64,000 bases of DNA from Candidatus Krumholzibacteriota bacterium (lineage in GTDB: Bacteria; Krumholzibacteriota; Krumholzibacteriia; JAJRXK01), in assembly GCA_963727455.1 (NCBI GenBank), contig CAVSGG010000008.1:224001-288000 (forward strand). The letters are read 5' to 3'. A program made the position numbers and the translations under genes. The stretch's first letter is position 1. Each line of letters begins with the position of its first letter. Under the pieces are notes generated by a model, which was given only the letters and a program-made list of their open reading frames with translations, was not told the DNA's origin and searched no databases. Shown piece after piece: positions 1 to 10,312 of this stretch.

Positions 1-781
1 CGATCCCTCCCACTCCCACGACCGGGATATTCTGGGATCTCGTGACCTGCCAGACCTTCGCCAACGCAATTGGCTTGATACCCGCGCCGCTGTAGCCGGC
101 GATGCCACGCGCGAATACTGGGGCGCGAAGGTCGAGATCGACCTTGCACCCGACTACGGTATTGATACAGGTGACGGCATGAGCCCCGCCCTCGGCGGCC
201 GCGCGGGCAAGGAGTTCGATGGGCGCATCGTTGGGAGTGAGCTTTGCCCACAGGCACTTGTCCGAAGGCAACTCGGTCCGGGTGAGTTCGGTGATCCGCC
301 TGATGGCGACTGGATCGATACCGAAATCGAGCCCACCTTCGGAGACGTTGGGACAGGAGAGATTCAGTTCGACCCCGCTGTAGCCCTCGTGCCGCGCCAG
401 CTCCTGGGTCATGGTTGCGAATTCGTTTTCGTTGCGTCCCGCGAGGGAAACGATCACCCGCACTTTCGCTTCCCGCAAACGTGGCAATTTCTCCTCGAGG
501 AAGGAGCCGAGTCCCACGTTTTCCAGACCGATGGAGTTGAGCAATCCGGTGGGCACTTCGCGAAGACGGGGCTGGGGATTTCCCAGTCGTGCTTCGACGG
601 TGAGCGTCTTGGTAACCACGCCGCCCAAGAGCATCGGATCCACCAGATCCAGGTAATCCAGTCCGTAGCCCCAGGTGCCCGATGCAGTGAATACGGGATT
701 GGGAAAACGGACCGGGCCGATTTGCACGCTGAGATCGACTTCGCCGGGTTGGACGGGGGGATGTGGCGCTGCTTCAGCCAT
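1..781 (-). CDS. pyrD: Dihydroorotate dehydrogenase catalytic subunit (family 1B), 3' end outside window
   Basis: Manual translation from ATG at 781: MAEAAPHPPVQPGEVDLSVQIGPVRFPNPVFTASGTWGYG. The NP...ASGT.GYG motif is typical of family 1 DHOD. Overlaps the pyrK stop. Missing from the ORF track because it runs off the edge. Confidence 0.93.
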   Translation of the reverse strand, partial: MAEAAPHPPVQPGEVDLSVQIGPVRFPNPVFTASGTWGYGLDYLDLVDPMLLGGVVTKTLTVEARLGNPQPRLREVPTGLLNSIGLENVGLGSFLEEKLPRLREAKVRVIVSLAGRNENEFATMTQELARHEGYSGVELNLSCPNVSEGGLDFGIDPVAIRRITELTRTELPSDKCLWAKLTPNDAPIELLARAAAEGGAHAVTCINTVVGCKVDLDLRAPVFARGIAGYSGAGIKPIALAKVWQVTRSQNIPVVGVGGI

Positions 782-1541
782 ACTGGATCTCATTCAGCGG
801 GAACACGGGCCCTTCCTTACAGACCGGTCTCATGCGGGAACCATCTGCGGCGGGAATGACACAGGAACGGCACACTCCGGCACCGCATGCCATCTGCTCT
901 TCCAAGCAAACCCAGGTCTCAGTGTCCCGTTCCGCAGCGATTCGCGCCACCTCTTTCATCATTGTGGTGGGGCCGCAGCAGGCGACGGTGGCCGCAGGAA
1001 AACGCTGCAGCGCCTCTTCCAGGCCACGAGTAACCAATCCCTCTCGCATCTGGCTCTGCGGATCTTCTTCGACCCAGAGCTCCCAACCGTCAAGAAGTTC
1101 CTGTGGCAGATCGTGCGCGCGGCGAGCACCCATGATTGGGATCAATCGCGTGCCGAGTTTCGCGAACTCGAGTTGGAGGCAGCGCAGCGGCACGATCCCC
1201 ACTCCGCCAGCAACTAGGATGAGAGCCTCCCTCGATGAAAGCTCCGAGGGGAAGGCGCGGCCCAGAGGGCCGAAGATCTCCATGACGGATCCGGGAGCTT
1301 TGTGCGCCATGGCGCTGCTGCCCTTGCCCAACTCCTTCACCAGGATCTGGAGCACGCCGTCATCCAAGGCCAATATCGAGAACGGGCGCGGTAACAAGCA
1401 GCCCTCGACCCGTGGCTGCACCATGACGAACTGACCCGCTCGAAAGGAAGCCCTCGAATCATAGGCCAGCTCTAGGATCCAGGTCTTAGAAGCAACTTCT
1501 CGGCTGCGGAGCAGACTGGCGGCGGAGAGAATCCGCTTCAT
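774..1541 (-). CDS. pyrK: Dihydroorotate dehydrogenase electron transfer subunit
   Basis: RPFSI (FAD), GPLG, AGGVG (NAD), CGP and EEQMACGAGVCRSC...VCKEGPVF [2Fe-2S] motif; directly upstream of pyrD. Confidence 0.93.
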   Translation of the reverse strand: MKRILSAASLLRSREVASKTWILELAYDSRASFRAGQFVMVQPRVEGCLLPRPFSILALDDGVLQILVKELGKGSSAMAHKAPGSVMEIFGPLGRAFPSELSSREALILVAGGVGIVPLRCLQLEFAKLGTRLIPIMGARRAHDLPQELLDGWELWVEEDPQSQMREGLVTRGLEEALQRFPAATVACCGPTTMMKEVARIAAERDTETWVCLEEQMACGAGVCRSCVIPAADGSRMRPVCKEGPVFPLNEIQYG

Positions 1542-3156
1542 CGTTGAGTCCGTTCGCGTGGGGTGGTGGCTCCCGGGCCTCCTCTGCGCAGGGCCCGCAA
1601 GGGATTCAGTGCGGGCCGGTTTGCGATCTCCTCCTTGGAGAATTCGGTGGAAGCACCACTCGATCCGCCACGGCGCAAACCTCGGTTGCGCGCCAAGCCT
1701 GGAGTCGAAGTGAAGGTACGTGGTTTCGCCTTCAAGAACACTTCTCCGTTGCGTCCACGCGCTTGGAGACTATCCGGGTATTTCTCTTCCAGCAGCGCGT
1801 AGGCCTGCTGTGCAGCGTCCTCGTTCCCGAGAACTTCCTCCTCGATGTAGCCGATCGCGTATGCCGCGCGTGGAGCGGCTGGGGTAGTCGGGATAGTCGT
1901 CGAGCACCATCCGGTAGTACTCCAAGGCTCGCTCCGGCTTGCCCAAGTCGAGATACAGAAGTTGTCCCAGCGCGAAAGCCGGGCGCCAGGAAGTGCTGTC
2001 CGGTTTCTCCAGACTGGAAAGTAGTTCATCGTAATGCGCAATTTCGTTCTGCAAATTCTTCACCGGCTCGAGCGAAATCTCCTTTCAGACCCTGCTCCAC
2101 TGCGGCATCGAGCTGGTCGCGGATCACCTGTTCTCCCGGGCCCTTCGTCTTCAGAGCATGTTCCGCCACCAGATAATGCGACTGGGTTTCGAACTCGGTC
2201 TCGGGAAAATCCTCGTTCACTTGGTTGAGCGCGGTCATCGCATCATCTTCGTTTCCCAGCGCCAAGTCGATTTTTCCTTTCAGAAGAAGAACCTCGGCTT
2301 GCTTGTCAAAAAGGGCCGCATCCTCCTCCACCTTGGCCAGGACCTTCAGAGCGTTCTCATTCTGCCCGAGATCGTTCAGTGACTCGGCCAATAAGAGCTT
2401 GGCCTGCACCCACTGCTCCAGCTCGTCATTCTTCGAGTTCTTCCCGTACTCCTCGAGCAGGGCGACGGCCTCGTCGTCCTGCTTCTGTTGATGGTAGATG
2501 GTCGCGGCATCGAAGAGTACGCGTTTGCGTGCTTTGTCCTTCGGATAGTGATCGAGGTACTCCCGATAGTATTTCAGGGCCTGGCTCCAGTTTGCATCGG
2601 CGGCAAAAGTGTCGCCCAGCCGGTAGAGAGACTCCGCCGCGAACTTGCTCTTGGGATATCCCTCGCGCAGACGATGGAGAGTATCCAGAGCTACCCGTTC
2701 TTCACCGAGCTGCAAGTGAGCGATGCTCTTCAAGAAGAGGGCTTCCTCGGCAAACTTGCTTCGCGGAAAGTTGTTGAGAACGTTGTCGAAGTTCCGGATT
2801 GCTTTGCGGAATTCCCTGAGCTTGTACTGGCACTTGCCGATGAGGAACAGCGCGTCGTCCACGTACTTGCTGTTGGGATATAGATCGAGCATTTGCTCGC
2901 ACTTGGCAATGGCGGTCTGGTACTTGGCTCTCTGAGAGGAAGTAGGCTGTTTGTCGCGGGGAACGTCCTTCCCCAGCTTCTCGGCAGTGGAATACGCAAC
3001 CTTCGCGTTGTAGAAAGTATTGAAGTAGGCGCAGCCCGCCGATAGCTCCCACTGCGAGAGCGACGAGACAGACTCGACAAAGAGCAGGCGGATCCGACGG
3101 CTACGGCCCGCCTTCAAGTGGGACGAGATGTCCTGGATTTCACGCACACGGATCAC
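1538..3156 (-). CDS. TPR-repeat lipoprotein (PorW/SprE- or BamD-like), apparently frameshifted
   Basis: Three overlapping ORFs (2026-3156, 1770-2063, 1538-2041) join into one TPR array. Motifs GCAYFNTFYNAK, YPNSKYVDDALFLIGK, FPRSKFAEEALF. A hydrophobic signal stretch (VCLVALAVGAIGG) lies in a neighbouring frame just before the Cys. 4-nt overlaps with pyrC and pyrK. Confidence 0.75.
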
Positions 3157-4487
3157 CCGTTCAGACGACGGTAGCTGAATCCCTCTCCCCGGTGGGTCGC
3201 GACCACCCGGCCGGTCAAGCTACGCCCGAGCCAGGGACAATTCTGCCCTTTGCTCCGCAGATCTTTCAGCCGCGGAGTCCAGGTCTCATCGAGGTCGATC
3301 AGGGTGAAGTCACTTCGACTGCCCGGGGCAAGAGTACCACCGGGCAGTCCCATGATACGCGCCCCGGCGGTGGACATCAACTCCACGAGTTTCGCGACGC
3401 TCAGAGGTCCGCGTCGCACCAGTCGGTCATGACACACCGCAAAGGAAGTCTCCAAGCCGATCACGCCGAAAGGCGCATCGGCGAAGGGCCGGTTCTTCTC
3501 GGCCGGCGTATGGGGCGCGTGGTCGGTGGCGATGCAATCGATCGTCCCGTCCTCGAGCGCCTTCACCAGAGCTTCCTGGTCGCCGAGGGTGCGCAGAGGT
3601 GGGTTCATCTTGAAGCGAGGATCATACTCGGCGCAGTCCGCGTCGGAGAGATCCAGGAAGTGGGGGGCGGTCTCCGCGGTGACCTTGATTCCCTCTTCCT
3701 TGGCACGACGAATGAGCGTCACCGCCCTCTCACTGCTGACGTGAGCCACATGGAGATGGGCGCCCGTGAGTCGGGACAACTCCAGATCGCGTGCGATGCA
3801 AGCGGCCTCGGCCGCGTAGGGAATGCCTCTGAGTCCAAGCCGAGTGCTCCAGGAGCCCTCGTGCATCACTCCGTGGGCCGAAAGGCTCAGATCCTCGGCG
3901 TGCGTGATGATGGGAACCTTCAGGATGCGGCTGTATTCCATGGCGTGGCGCATCAGCCCACCATCTTCCACCGGGCGACCATCATCGGTGAATCCCACTG
4001 CGCCCGCATCGACGAGATCGCCGTACTCGACCATGCTCTGACTCAGAAGTCCCGCGCTGATCGCACCGGTAGGATGTACCGTGCAGAGATCGGCTTGCTC
4101 GGCCCTTCGGAGAATGAAGGAAACCGCTCCGGCCGTATCCACCGGGGGCAGGGTGTTGGGCATCGTCACCACGTCCGTGAAACCGCCGCAGGCTGCTGCG
4201 CCGCTTCCGGTGGCGATGCTCTCTTTGTCCTCTTGACCCGGCTCGCGGAAATGGACATGCACGTCCCACAGACCGGGAGCGAGAAGGAGCCCCTCGGCAT
4301 CGATCCTCTCCGCGCCCTCGCTGACCAATTCATTCGGGACCAGCCCGCCCTCGCACTGAAGAACTACTCCGCCCTCGCAGACCAGATATCCTGATCCGTC
4401 CAGGCCGCGCGAAGGATCCACGACTCTGGCGTTCTCGATGACGCGGCGCGGCGCGCGGGGCTCTGGTTTTCTTTCGTCTGCATGCAT
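3153..4487 (-). CDS. pyrC: Dihydroorotase
   Basis: DVHVHFREPG, MPNT, HAED, HVAHVS, KMNPPLR, IATDHAPH motifs. Start placed at ATG 4487 after a GAGGA RBS. Confidence 0.95.
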   Translation of the reverse strand: MHADERKPEPRAPRRVIENARVVDPSRGLDGSGYLVCEGGVVLQCEGGLVPNELVSEGAERIDAEGLLLAPGLWDVHVHFREPGQEDKESIATGSGAAACGGFTDVVTMPNTLPPVDTAGAVSFILRRAEQADLCTVHPTGAISAGLLSQSMVEYGDLVDAGAVGFTDDGRPVEDGGLMRHAMEYSRILKVPIITHAEDLSLSAHGVMHEGSWSTRLGLRGIPYAAEAACIARDLELSRLTGAHLHVAHVSSERAVTLIRRAKEEGIKVTAETAPHFLDLSDADCAEYDPRFKMNPPLRTLGDQEALVKALEDGTIDCIATDHAPHTPAEKNRPFADAPFGVIGLETSFAVCHDRLVRRGPLSVAKLVELMSTAGARIMGLPGGTLAPGSRSDFTLIDLDETWTPRLKDLRSKGQNCPWLGRSLTGRVVATHRGEGFSYRRLNG

Positions 4488-4510
4488 GCTCGAATCCTCG
4501 GGAGCGGAGA

Positions 4511-5464
4511 TCAGTTCAGGTTTTCGCCCAGGCTCTGCGGAGCGCCCCCGGAGAGCAGGTAGATGACGGCCATTCTCACGGCCACGCCGTTGGTGACCTG
4601 ATCGAGGATCACCTGGCGAGGGCCATCGGCGACAGTGGAGGTGATTTCGACTTCGCGGTTCATGGGACCGGGATGCAGTACGAAGCAAGACTCCTTGGTC
4701 AGAGCCAGGATCTCCTCGTCCACCCGGTAGCTTCTGGCGTATTCCCGATTGCTGGGGAAGGTTTGCACGAGTTGGCGTTCGAGTTGGATTCGCAGAACGT
4801 TGATGGCATCGGCCCCGCGAACCGCATGGCGAAGATCGTAGTCGACCTCACAACCGAGCTGGTCGGCCTCGACGGGAATCATCGGGGGTGGACCGCACAA
4901 AGTGACCTTGGCCCCCATTTTCATCAAGCCCCAGAGATTTGAACGAGCGACACGGCTGTGCAGGATGTCTCCCACCACCACCACTCGTTTCCCTTGCAGC
5001 GACCCCATTCGCTGACGCATCGTCAAGAGGTCCAAGAGGCCCTGGGTGGGATGCTCGTGGGTTCCGTCGCCGGCATTGATCACTCCCACTTTGATTCTGT
5101 CTGCGAGGTAGCGCGCGGCGCCGGATGCGGAATGACGCATGACCACCATGTCCGCGCGCATTGCGAGGATGTTGTCCACCGTGTCCTTGAGTGTCTCCCC
5201 CTTACTCAGAGAGGAAGTGGACGCGGAGAAGTTGATGACGTCCGCGCTGAGTCGCTTTTCGGCCAGCTCGAAGGAAATTCGCGTTCGAGTGCTGTTCTCG
5301 AAAAAGAGATTCACGATGGTCTTGTCGCGGAGGATGGGAACCTTGGGAATGGGGCGCCGCATCACTGCCAAAAAGGACTCCGAGGTGTCGAGAATGAGTT
5401 TGATTTCTGCGGCGGAAAGACTCTCGAGGTCGAGCAGGTCTTTGCTTCTGAGCATCTCAGTCAT
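4511..5464 (-). CDS. pyrB: Aspartate carbamoyltransferase catalytic subunit
   Basis: [32 protein letters not shown] motifs. Confidence 0.97.
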   Translation of the reverse strand: MTEMLRSKDLLDLESLSAAEIKLILDTSESFLAVMRRPIPKVPILRDKTIVNLFFENSTRTRISFELAEKRLSADVINFSASTSSLSKGETLKDTVDNILAMRADMVVMRHSASGAARYLADRIKVGVINAGDGTHEHPTQGLLDLLTMRQRMGSLQGKRVVVVGDILHSRVARSNLWGLMKMGAKVTLCGPPPMIPVEADQLGCEVDYDLRHAVRGADAINVLRIQLERQLVQTFPSNREYARSYRVDEEILALTKESCFVLHPGPMNREVEITSTVADGPRQVILDQVTNGVAVRMAVIYLLSGGAPQSLGENLN

Positions 5465-6008
5465 CCATGATCTCTCCGACGACCACGCACTCGCGGCCGT
5501 CGATCTCTTTGACCATCACCTTGATGACTTCCTTGCGGGAAGTCGGCACGTTCTTGCCCACGAAATCGGGGCGTATGGGAAGTTCGCGGTGACCACGATC
5601 GACGAGCACGGCCAGCTCGATGCGCCGTGCCCGACCGAAGTCCATCAGCTCATCCAAGGCTGCGCGCACGGTTCGACCGGTGTAGAGTACGTCGTCGACG
5701 AGAATGACCGTCTTGTCATTGATGTCGAAGCCGATGTCGGTGTGGCCAACTCGCGGGACGGGACCCAGGGTACTGAGGTCGTCTCGATAGAAGGTGATGT
5801 CCAGCGTGCCCATCTCCGGCTCGACGCCCTCGTTCTTGGCGATGGCGCGTGCCATGGCTGCCGCGAGATTGACGCCCCGCCGTTGGATCCCCACTAGGAC
5901 CAGATTCTCGGTTCCCTTGTTCTTCTCGACGATTTCCAGCGCGATCCGGGTGAGCGCCCGGCGCATGCGCTGCGCGTCCATGATCGTGGCTTTCTCGTGA
6001 AAGCTCAT
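5457..6008 (-). CDS. pyrR: Pyrimidine operon attenuation protein / uracil phosphoribosyltransferase
   Basis: [46 protein letters not shown]. Confidence 0.97.
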   Translation of the reverse strand: MSFHEKATIMDAQRMRRALTRIALEIVEKNKGTENLVLVGIQRRGVNLAAAMARAIAKNEGVEPEMGTLDITFYRDDLSTLGPVPRVGHTDIGFDINDKTVILVDDVLYTGRTVRAALDELMDFGRARRIELAVLVDRGHRELPIRPDFVGKNVPTSRKEVIKVMVKEIDGRECVVVGEIMDD

Positions 6009-6096
6009 CTCTCTCCCATCGTTGCGTTACTCTATTGCTCTTGGAGCTCATCCTCCGGAACAGTTGGCTGAGCGGGGAAATCGGACTTCCGGGCGC

Positions 6097-6125
6097 AAAA
6101 AAACCCCGCCGCCGCGCGGTGGGGT
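6097..6125 (-). terminator. Attenuator terminator in pyr leader
   Basis: Minus strand ACCCCACCGCGCGGCGGCGGGG followed by T7: GC hairpin plus U-tract about 90 nt upstream of pyrR. Confidence 0.8.
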
Positions 6126-6159
6126 GCACTCCAAGCTGACAGATCGACCATTTTCGCCA

Positions 6160-6192
6160 TCCTTATGGACCTCACGGGATCCGCTTAAAGGA
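6160..6192 (-). promoter_or_regulatory. PyrR-binding RNA stem-loop (anti-antiterminator)
   Basis: Minus strand TCCTTTAAGCGGATCCCGTGAGGTCCATAAGGA contains the CUUUAA element and a close match to the ARUCCNGNGAGGYU loop consensus, upstream of the terminator and pyrR. Confidence 0.85.
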
Positions 6193-6271
6193 CAGAGTTT
6201 CGTTTGCGCCTCGAGGGGCATCTTGCCGGCGCCTCCGGAAGCAGTCAAAGCATCCTAGTGCAAGCTGCGCC

Positions 6272-7022
6272 TCAAGGCAAGGTCTCGAGGTGAGTCTTGG
6301 CCTCCTTGGCCCAAGCGCTGCTCGAATCCAGGTGCAGATAGGCTTCCCAGGCCTTCCGCGCGGCTTCGCTATCGCCCATCCGTTCCAGCGCGAGGGCAAG
6401 CGTGAAACGGGCGCGCAAGAAATTCTCGTCCAGTCGCAGGGCTTCCCTCAGCTCCTCCGCCGCTTGCGGGTATGCCCCTTGGTGGAAATATGCCGACGCC
6501 AGGCCGTAGTGCGCGTCCTTGTCCCCCGGGCGGGCCAACACGACAGGTTGAAGTTCCTTTGCTGCCTCCGTCGGCCGACCGAGCTTCAAGAGCGCCAATC
6601 CCAGATTGTAGCGCGCATCCACGAACTCCGGGGCTCTCCGCAGGGCCTCTCGGAACGCCTTGACCGCGTTTTCGTAGTCCTGCGCTTCGTGATAGGCGAC
6701 ACCGGCATTGTAGGGCTCGCGTGCCGCGGCCAGATGCCGCACCTGGTCCAGCTCGTCATGACGTATGCGAATTTTGAGCTTCTGCCCTTCGCGAGGCGGC
6801 GTCGACAGATCGGCGCCATTGTCGGCGGCGATACGTGCCGCGTTGTCGCCCTCGCCGAAGAAAGTCCTCGGAGATGGAGCGCCAGGTTTGCGAAGGGAGC
6901 ACCGTATATTCCATCCAGGTGTCGCCACTGACATCTTCGTAATCTGTGGCGGGACCTTGGCCACAGGAGGCGACGAAGAAGGCAAGCACCGGTATCAGAG
7001 CGAGCAGCAGCTTCCTCTTCAC
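6272..7022 (-). CDS. Lipoprotein with LysM-like domain and TPR repeats, one apparent frameshift near 6860
   Basis: GTG at 7022 gives MKRKLLLALIPVLAFFVASC (lipobox), then YTVLPSQTWRSISEDF. The next frame continues FGEGDNAARIAADNG...GQKLKI (LysM-like) and about four TPRs (ARYNLGLAL, AHYGLASAY). Confidence 0.7.
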
Positions 7023-8012
7023 GCCACCCTCTCCTCTCCGAAAGAGTCCCGGTATTCCAAGAGCAGAGCCACTACTTTGTCGCGCTCTTCCTCCTGATAC
7101 ACACGCTTTCGCAAGGAACTCACTCCCGGGTGACCTTTCAGGTAGTGCGAGAAGTGCTTGCGCATACGCATCATCCCGGTGTGGGCCCCCTTGAGCTCGA
7201 TTTCCGCATCGAGGTGCTCGATCATCGTGTCGATGATTCGCGCTACCTTGGGAGGCGACCACTCCGAACCTTCCTCCTGCGCGTTGATTTCCTCGAAGAC
7301 GAAGGGATTGCCGATGGCGCCACGCGCGATCATCACGGCCTCGCAACCGGTCTCGCGCTTCATACGGAAGTAGTCCTCACCACAAACGACGTCCCCGTTG
7401 CCGATGATGGGCACGCTCGCGATTTCCACCATTTCCGCGATGGGCTTCCAATCGGCTTCTCCGGTAAAGAGCTGGTCGCGGGTACGTCCATGCACGGTGA
7501 TCGCACAGGCGCCCGCCTCCTCGAGCATCCTGGTAACCTCCAGGTAGTTGAGTTGATCGCGACTCCATCCGATACGAATCTTGGCCGTCACCGGAAGAGA
7601 GACGGCGCTCACGACCTCAGATACGATCCGCCGCATGAGCGGGACGTCACAGAGCAGACGCGGATCCTCCGTTGCGCTTCACCACTTTCTTTACCGGACA
7701 TCCGAAATTGAGGTCGATGATGTCGGGTCCCACCTTTTGTGCGGTGCTGGCCGCTTCGGCCAAAATCGCGGGTTCGCTGCCGAAGAGCTGGATGCCTACG
7801 GGATGCTCGTTCTCTCCCAGTTCCATCAGGTCGAAGCTCGCGGGGTTCCCGTGCAACACGCCGTTGGCGCTCACGAATTCGCAATAGGTTAGGTCCGCAC
7901 CATGGCGCGCACAGAGGGCACGAAAGACGCGATCGGTCACTCCAGCCATGGGCGAGAGCACGGCATGGGCCGACTCGAAAATCGCGCGTACCGTGCGGCG
8001 TTTGTCGTCCAT
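7019..8012 (-). CDS. dusB: tRNA-dihydrouridine synthase (DusB type), apparent frameshift near 7650
   Basis: LSPMAGVTD, IDLNFGCPVKKV (ORF 7647-8123) and VTAKIRIGW, ITVHGRT, IIGNGDV, VMIARGAIGNP (ORF 7019-7636). Confidence 0.9.
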
Positions 8013-8068
8013 GCTCGGACCCGTCTTCGGTGTCGATGCGAGTTGATTTGCCACGATCTTCCTAAATC

Positions 8069-8476
8069 TCAGATGTAGAGCACATGGCTCGCCCGGGACA
8101 TGAGAGAGGTCACGGTTGGCCACCCCACGATTTCATCCACCATCCGCGCCACCTCGGATTGCTCGAGTCCTTCGAGCTTCACCGAGGCGCTGCAGGCCAG
8201 GACCCTCGTCCTGTCGCTCTTTCGCGCCTGCGCCAAGAGCTCACTGGGAGGAGTGGTCCCCGCTTCGAAGGCGCGCTCTTGGAGCCCCGAATCCTCGGCT
8301 TCTTTCCCGGGCGGCGGGAACTCGTCAAGCCGGTGCTCGACCAGCTTCGAGAGCGCCTGGAAGTAGAACACCAGCACCACCTCTTGCCCGACGGCGCTCG
8401 CGGAAGCTGCCGCAGCGAAGGCCTGGTAGAGACGGTCCCAGCGACCCGAATGGCACAAGAGTAGGAGAAGGGGCAT
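8069..8476 (-). CDS. DsrE/DsrF/DrsH-like family protein
   Basis: About 135 aa; pattern AAAASASAVGQEVVLVFYFQAL...LLAQAR...VLACSAS...VDEIVG...HVLYI resembles the DsrE-like fold. Confidence 0.65.
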   Translation of the reverse strand: MPLLLLLCHSGRWDRLYQAFAAAASASAVGQEVVLVFYFQALSKLVEHRLDEFPPPGKEAEDSGLQERAFEAGTTPPSELLAQARKSDRTRVLACSASVKLEGLEQSEVARMVDEIVGWPTVTSLMSRASHVLYI

Positions 8477-8495
8477 CGAATCGCACATGACAGGC

Positions 8496-10211
8496 CTACA
8501 TCTTGGAGAAGTGCGGGCCGCCCCCTCCTTCCGGCGTGACCCAGTCGATGATCTGGTAGGGATCCATGATATCGCAGGTCTTGCAGTGCACGCAGTTCGC
8601 CGGATTGATGTTGAAATCGTAACGGTGGCCCTTCTCGTCCGGCTCGGCCCGGGCGATCCACTCGTACACTCCCGCCGGACAAAAATGCTGACAGGGGTTC
8701 CCATATTCCCAGGTGCAGCGTCCGTAGCAGAGATCGAGATCACGGACCTTCAAATGGCAGGGTTGATTCTCCTCGTGTCCCGTATCCGAATGGTAGACAC
8801 AGGTGAGCTTGTCGAAGGTCAATTCGCCGTCGTAGTCGGGCTGCTCCGGGGTAGCTCCCTCGGTGTCGGCGGTGTCGGCGTAGGGTCGACCGTAGTACTC
8901 CGAGACGGTTCGCATGTGCTCGTGTCCAGCCGGTGCCGGCCAGGGATCGTGGAGGCCGCGCCCTCCACTGATCATCTGCAGCCCGGCGTGAAAGAGCCCC
9001 GACCAGAGGCCACCTTGAAAGGCCTGGTGGAAGTTACGCGTCTTGTAAAGCTCGTCGTGCGCCCAACTCGCTTCGAAACGCTTCTTGTATCCCGCGAGCA
9101 CTTCCTGACTGCTGTCCTTGCGCACCAGGGCCTCGAGTGCGGTCTCCGCCGCGAGCATTCCGCTCTTCATGGCGAGATGAATGCCCTTCAGCCGCATCCC
9201 GTTGAGGAAGGAGGCGGAGTCGCCCACTACCATCACGCCGTCGTGATAGAGCCGGGGCATGGTGTAATAGCCTCCCTCTGGAAGTGTGGCCGCACCGTAT
9301 TTCAACAATTTGCCGCCCTGAAGAATACGGCGGAAGGTGGGATGCCCCTTGAGTTTCTGCAGACGCGCGTGCGCATCGAGGAAGGGATCCAGATAATCCA
9401 GACCGATCACCAGACCCAGACTGAGCTGGGTCTCGCTGATCGCGTAGAGAAACGAACCGCCGTACTCCTCGTGTTTGAGAGGATAACCCAGGGTGTGAAC
9501 GACCTCTCCCTTACTCATGCGGCCGGCCGGAACTTCCCACAGTTCCTTCACTCCGATGCCGTAGACCATGGGATGCGTGGCCGAGTGCATCTGTTTGTCG
9601 GCAAAGAGCTGCTTGCAGAGGCTGCCGCGACTGCCCTCCCCCAGTACCGTCACCTTGGCCAGTAGGTCCACCCCCGGCTCGTAGTTGCCCTTGTGGTTCC
9701 CTTCGCGATCGACTCCCTTGTCCCCGGTTCGTACTCCGACGACTTCGCCCTTTTCTCCGTAGAGCATCTCACTGCCGGGAAAACCGCAGAAGATCTGTAC
9801 GCCCAACTCCCCGACCTTCTCCGCCAACCATTTCGTCACATCCGAGAGACTGACCACGAAGTTTCCGTGGTTGTCCATGGGTTTGGGAACGATGGGGGCC
9901 TTGAGAGCATGGCCCTGCGTGAGAAACAGCAGCCTTTCCTGCACCACCTTCGTCTGGAAGGGAGCTGCCTGTTCGAAATCTGGCAGCACTTCACGCAGGG
10001 CTCTCGGGTCCAGGACGGCCCCACTCAGGATGTGGTCTCCAACCTCGCTTGATTTCTCGATGATGGCGATCACGGGCTCGAGCTTGCTCTCGGCCGTTTC
10101 GTTGTGCGCAGCCACGAGCTTGGCGAGATGGTAGGCAGCGACGAGGTTTGCGGGGCCGGCTCCCACGAAGAGGACGTCGACCGGTAGGCTCTCGTGTTGA
10201 TTCTCGCTCAT
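8496..10211 (-). CDS. Electron transfer flavoprotein-quinone oxidoreductase
   Basis: VDVLFVGAGPA FAD motif, HILSGAVLDP, KGIHLAMKSG, C-terminal FCPAGVYE...NCVHCKTCDIMDP 4Fe-4S motif. Confidence 0.95.
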   Translation of the reverse strand: MSENQHESLPVDVLFVGAGPANLVAAYHLAKLVAAHNETAESKLEPVIAIIEKSSEVGDHILSGAVLDPRALREVLPDFEQAAPFQTKVVQERLLFLTQGHALKAPIVPKPMDNHGNFVVSLSDVTKWLAEKVGELGVQIFCGFPGSEMLYGEKGEVVGVRTGDKGVDREGNHKGNYEPGVDLLAKVTVLGEGSRGSLCKQLFADKQMHSATHPMVYGIGVKELWEVPAGRMSKGEVVHTLGYPLKHEEYGGSFLYAISETQLSLGLVIGLDYLDPFLDAHARLQKLKGHPTFRRILQGGKLLKYGAATLPEGGYYTMPRLYHDGVMVVGDSASFLNGMRLKGIHLAMKSGMLAAETALEALVRKDSSQEVLAGYKKRFEASWAHDELYKTRNFHQAFQGGLWSGLFHAGLQMISGGRGLHDPWPAPAGHEHMRTVSEYYGRPYADTADTEGATPEQPDYDGELTFDKLTCVYHSDTGHEENQPCHLKVRDLDLCYGRCTWEYGNPCQHFCPAGVYEWIARAEPDEKGHRYDFNINPANCVHCKTCDIMDPYQIIDWVTPEGGGGPHFSKM

Positions 10212-10312
10212 GTACGGTCTCCAGCCGAATGGAGGGTGAGATCGAGACTCGGCGATAGCGTTCGAATTTCAGTCTAGAGCCACACCCCCTTGCGGGCAAA
10301 GGGCGGAATTCT

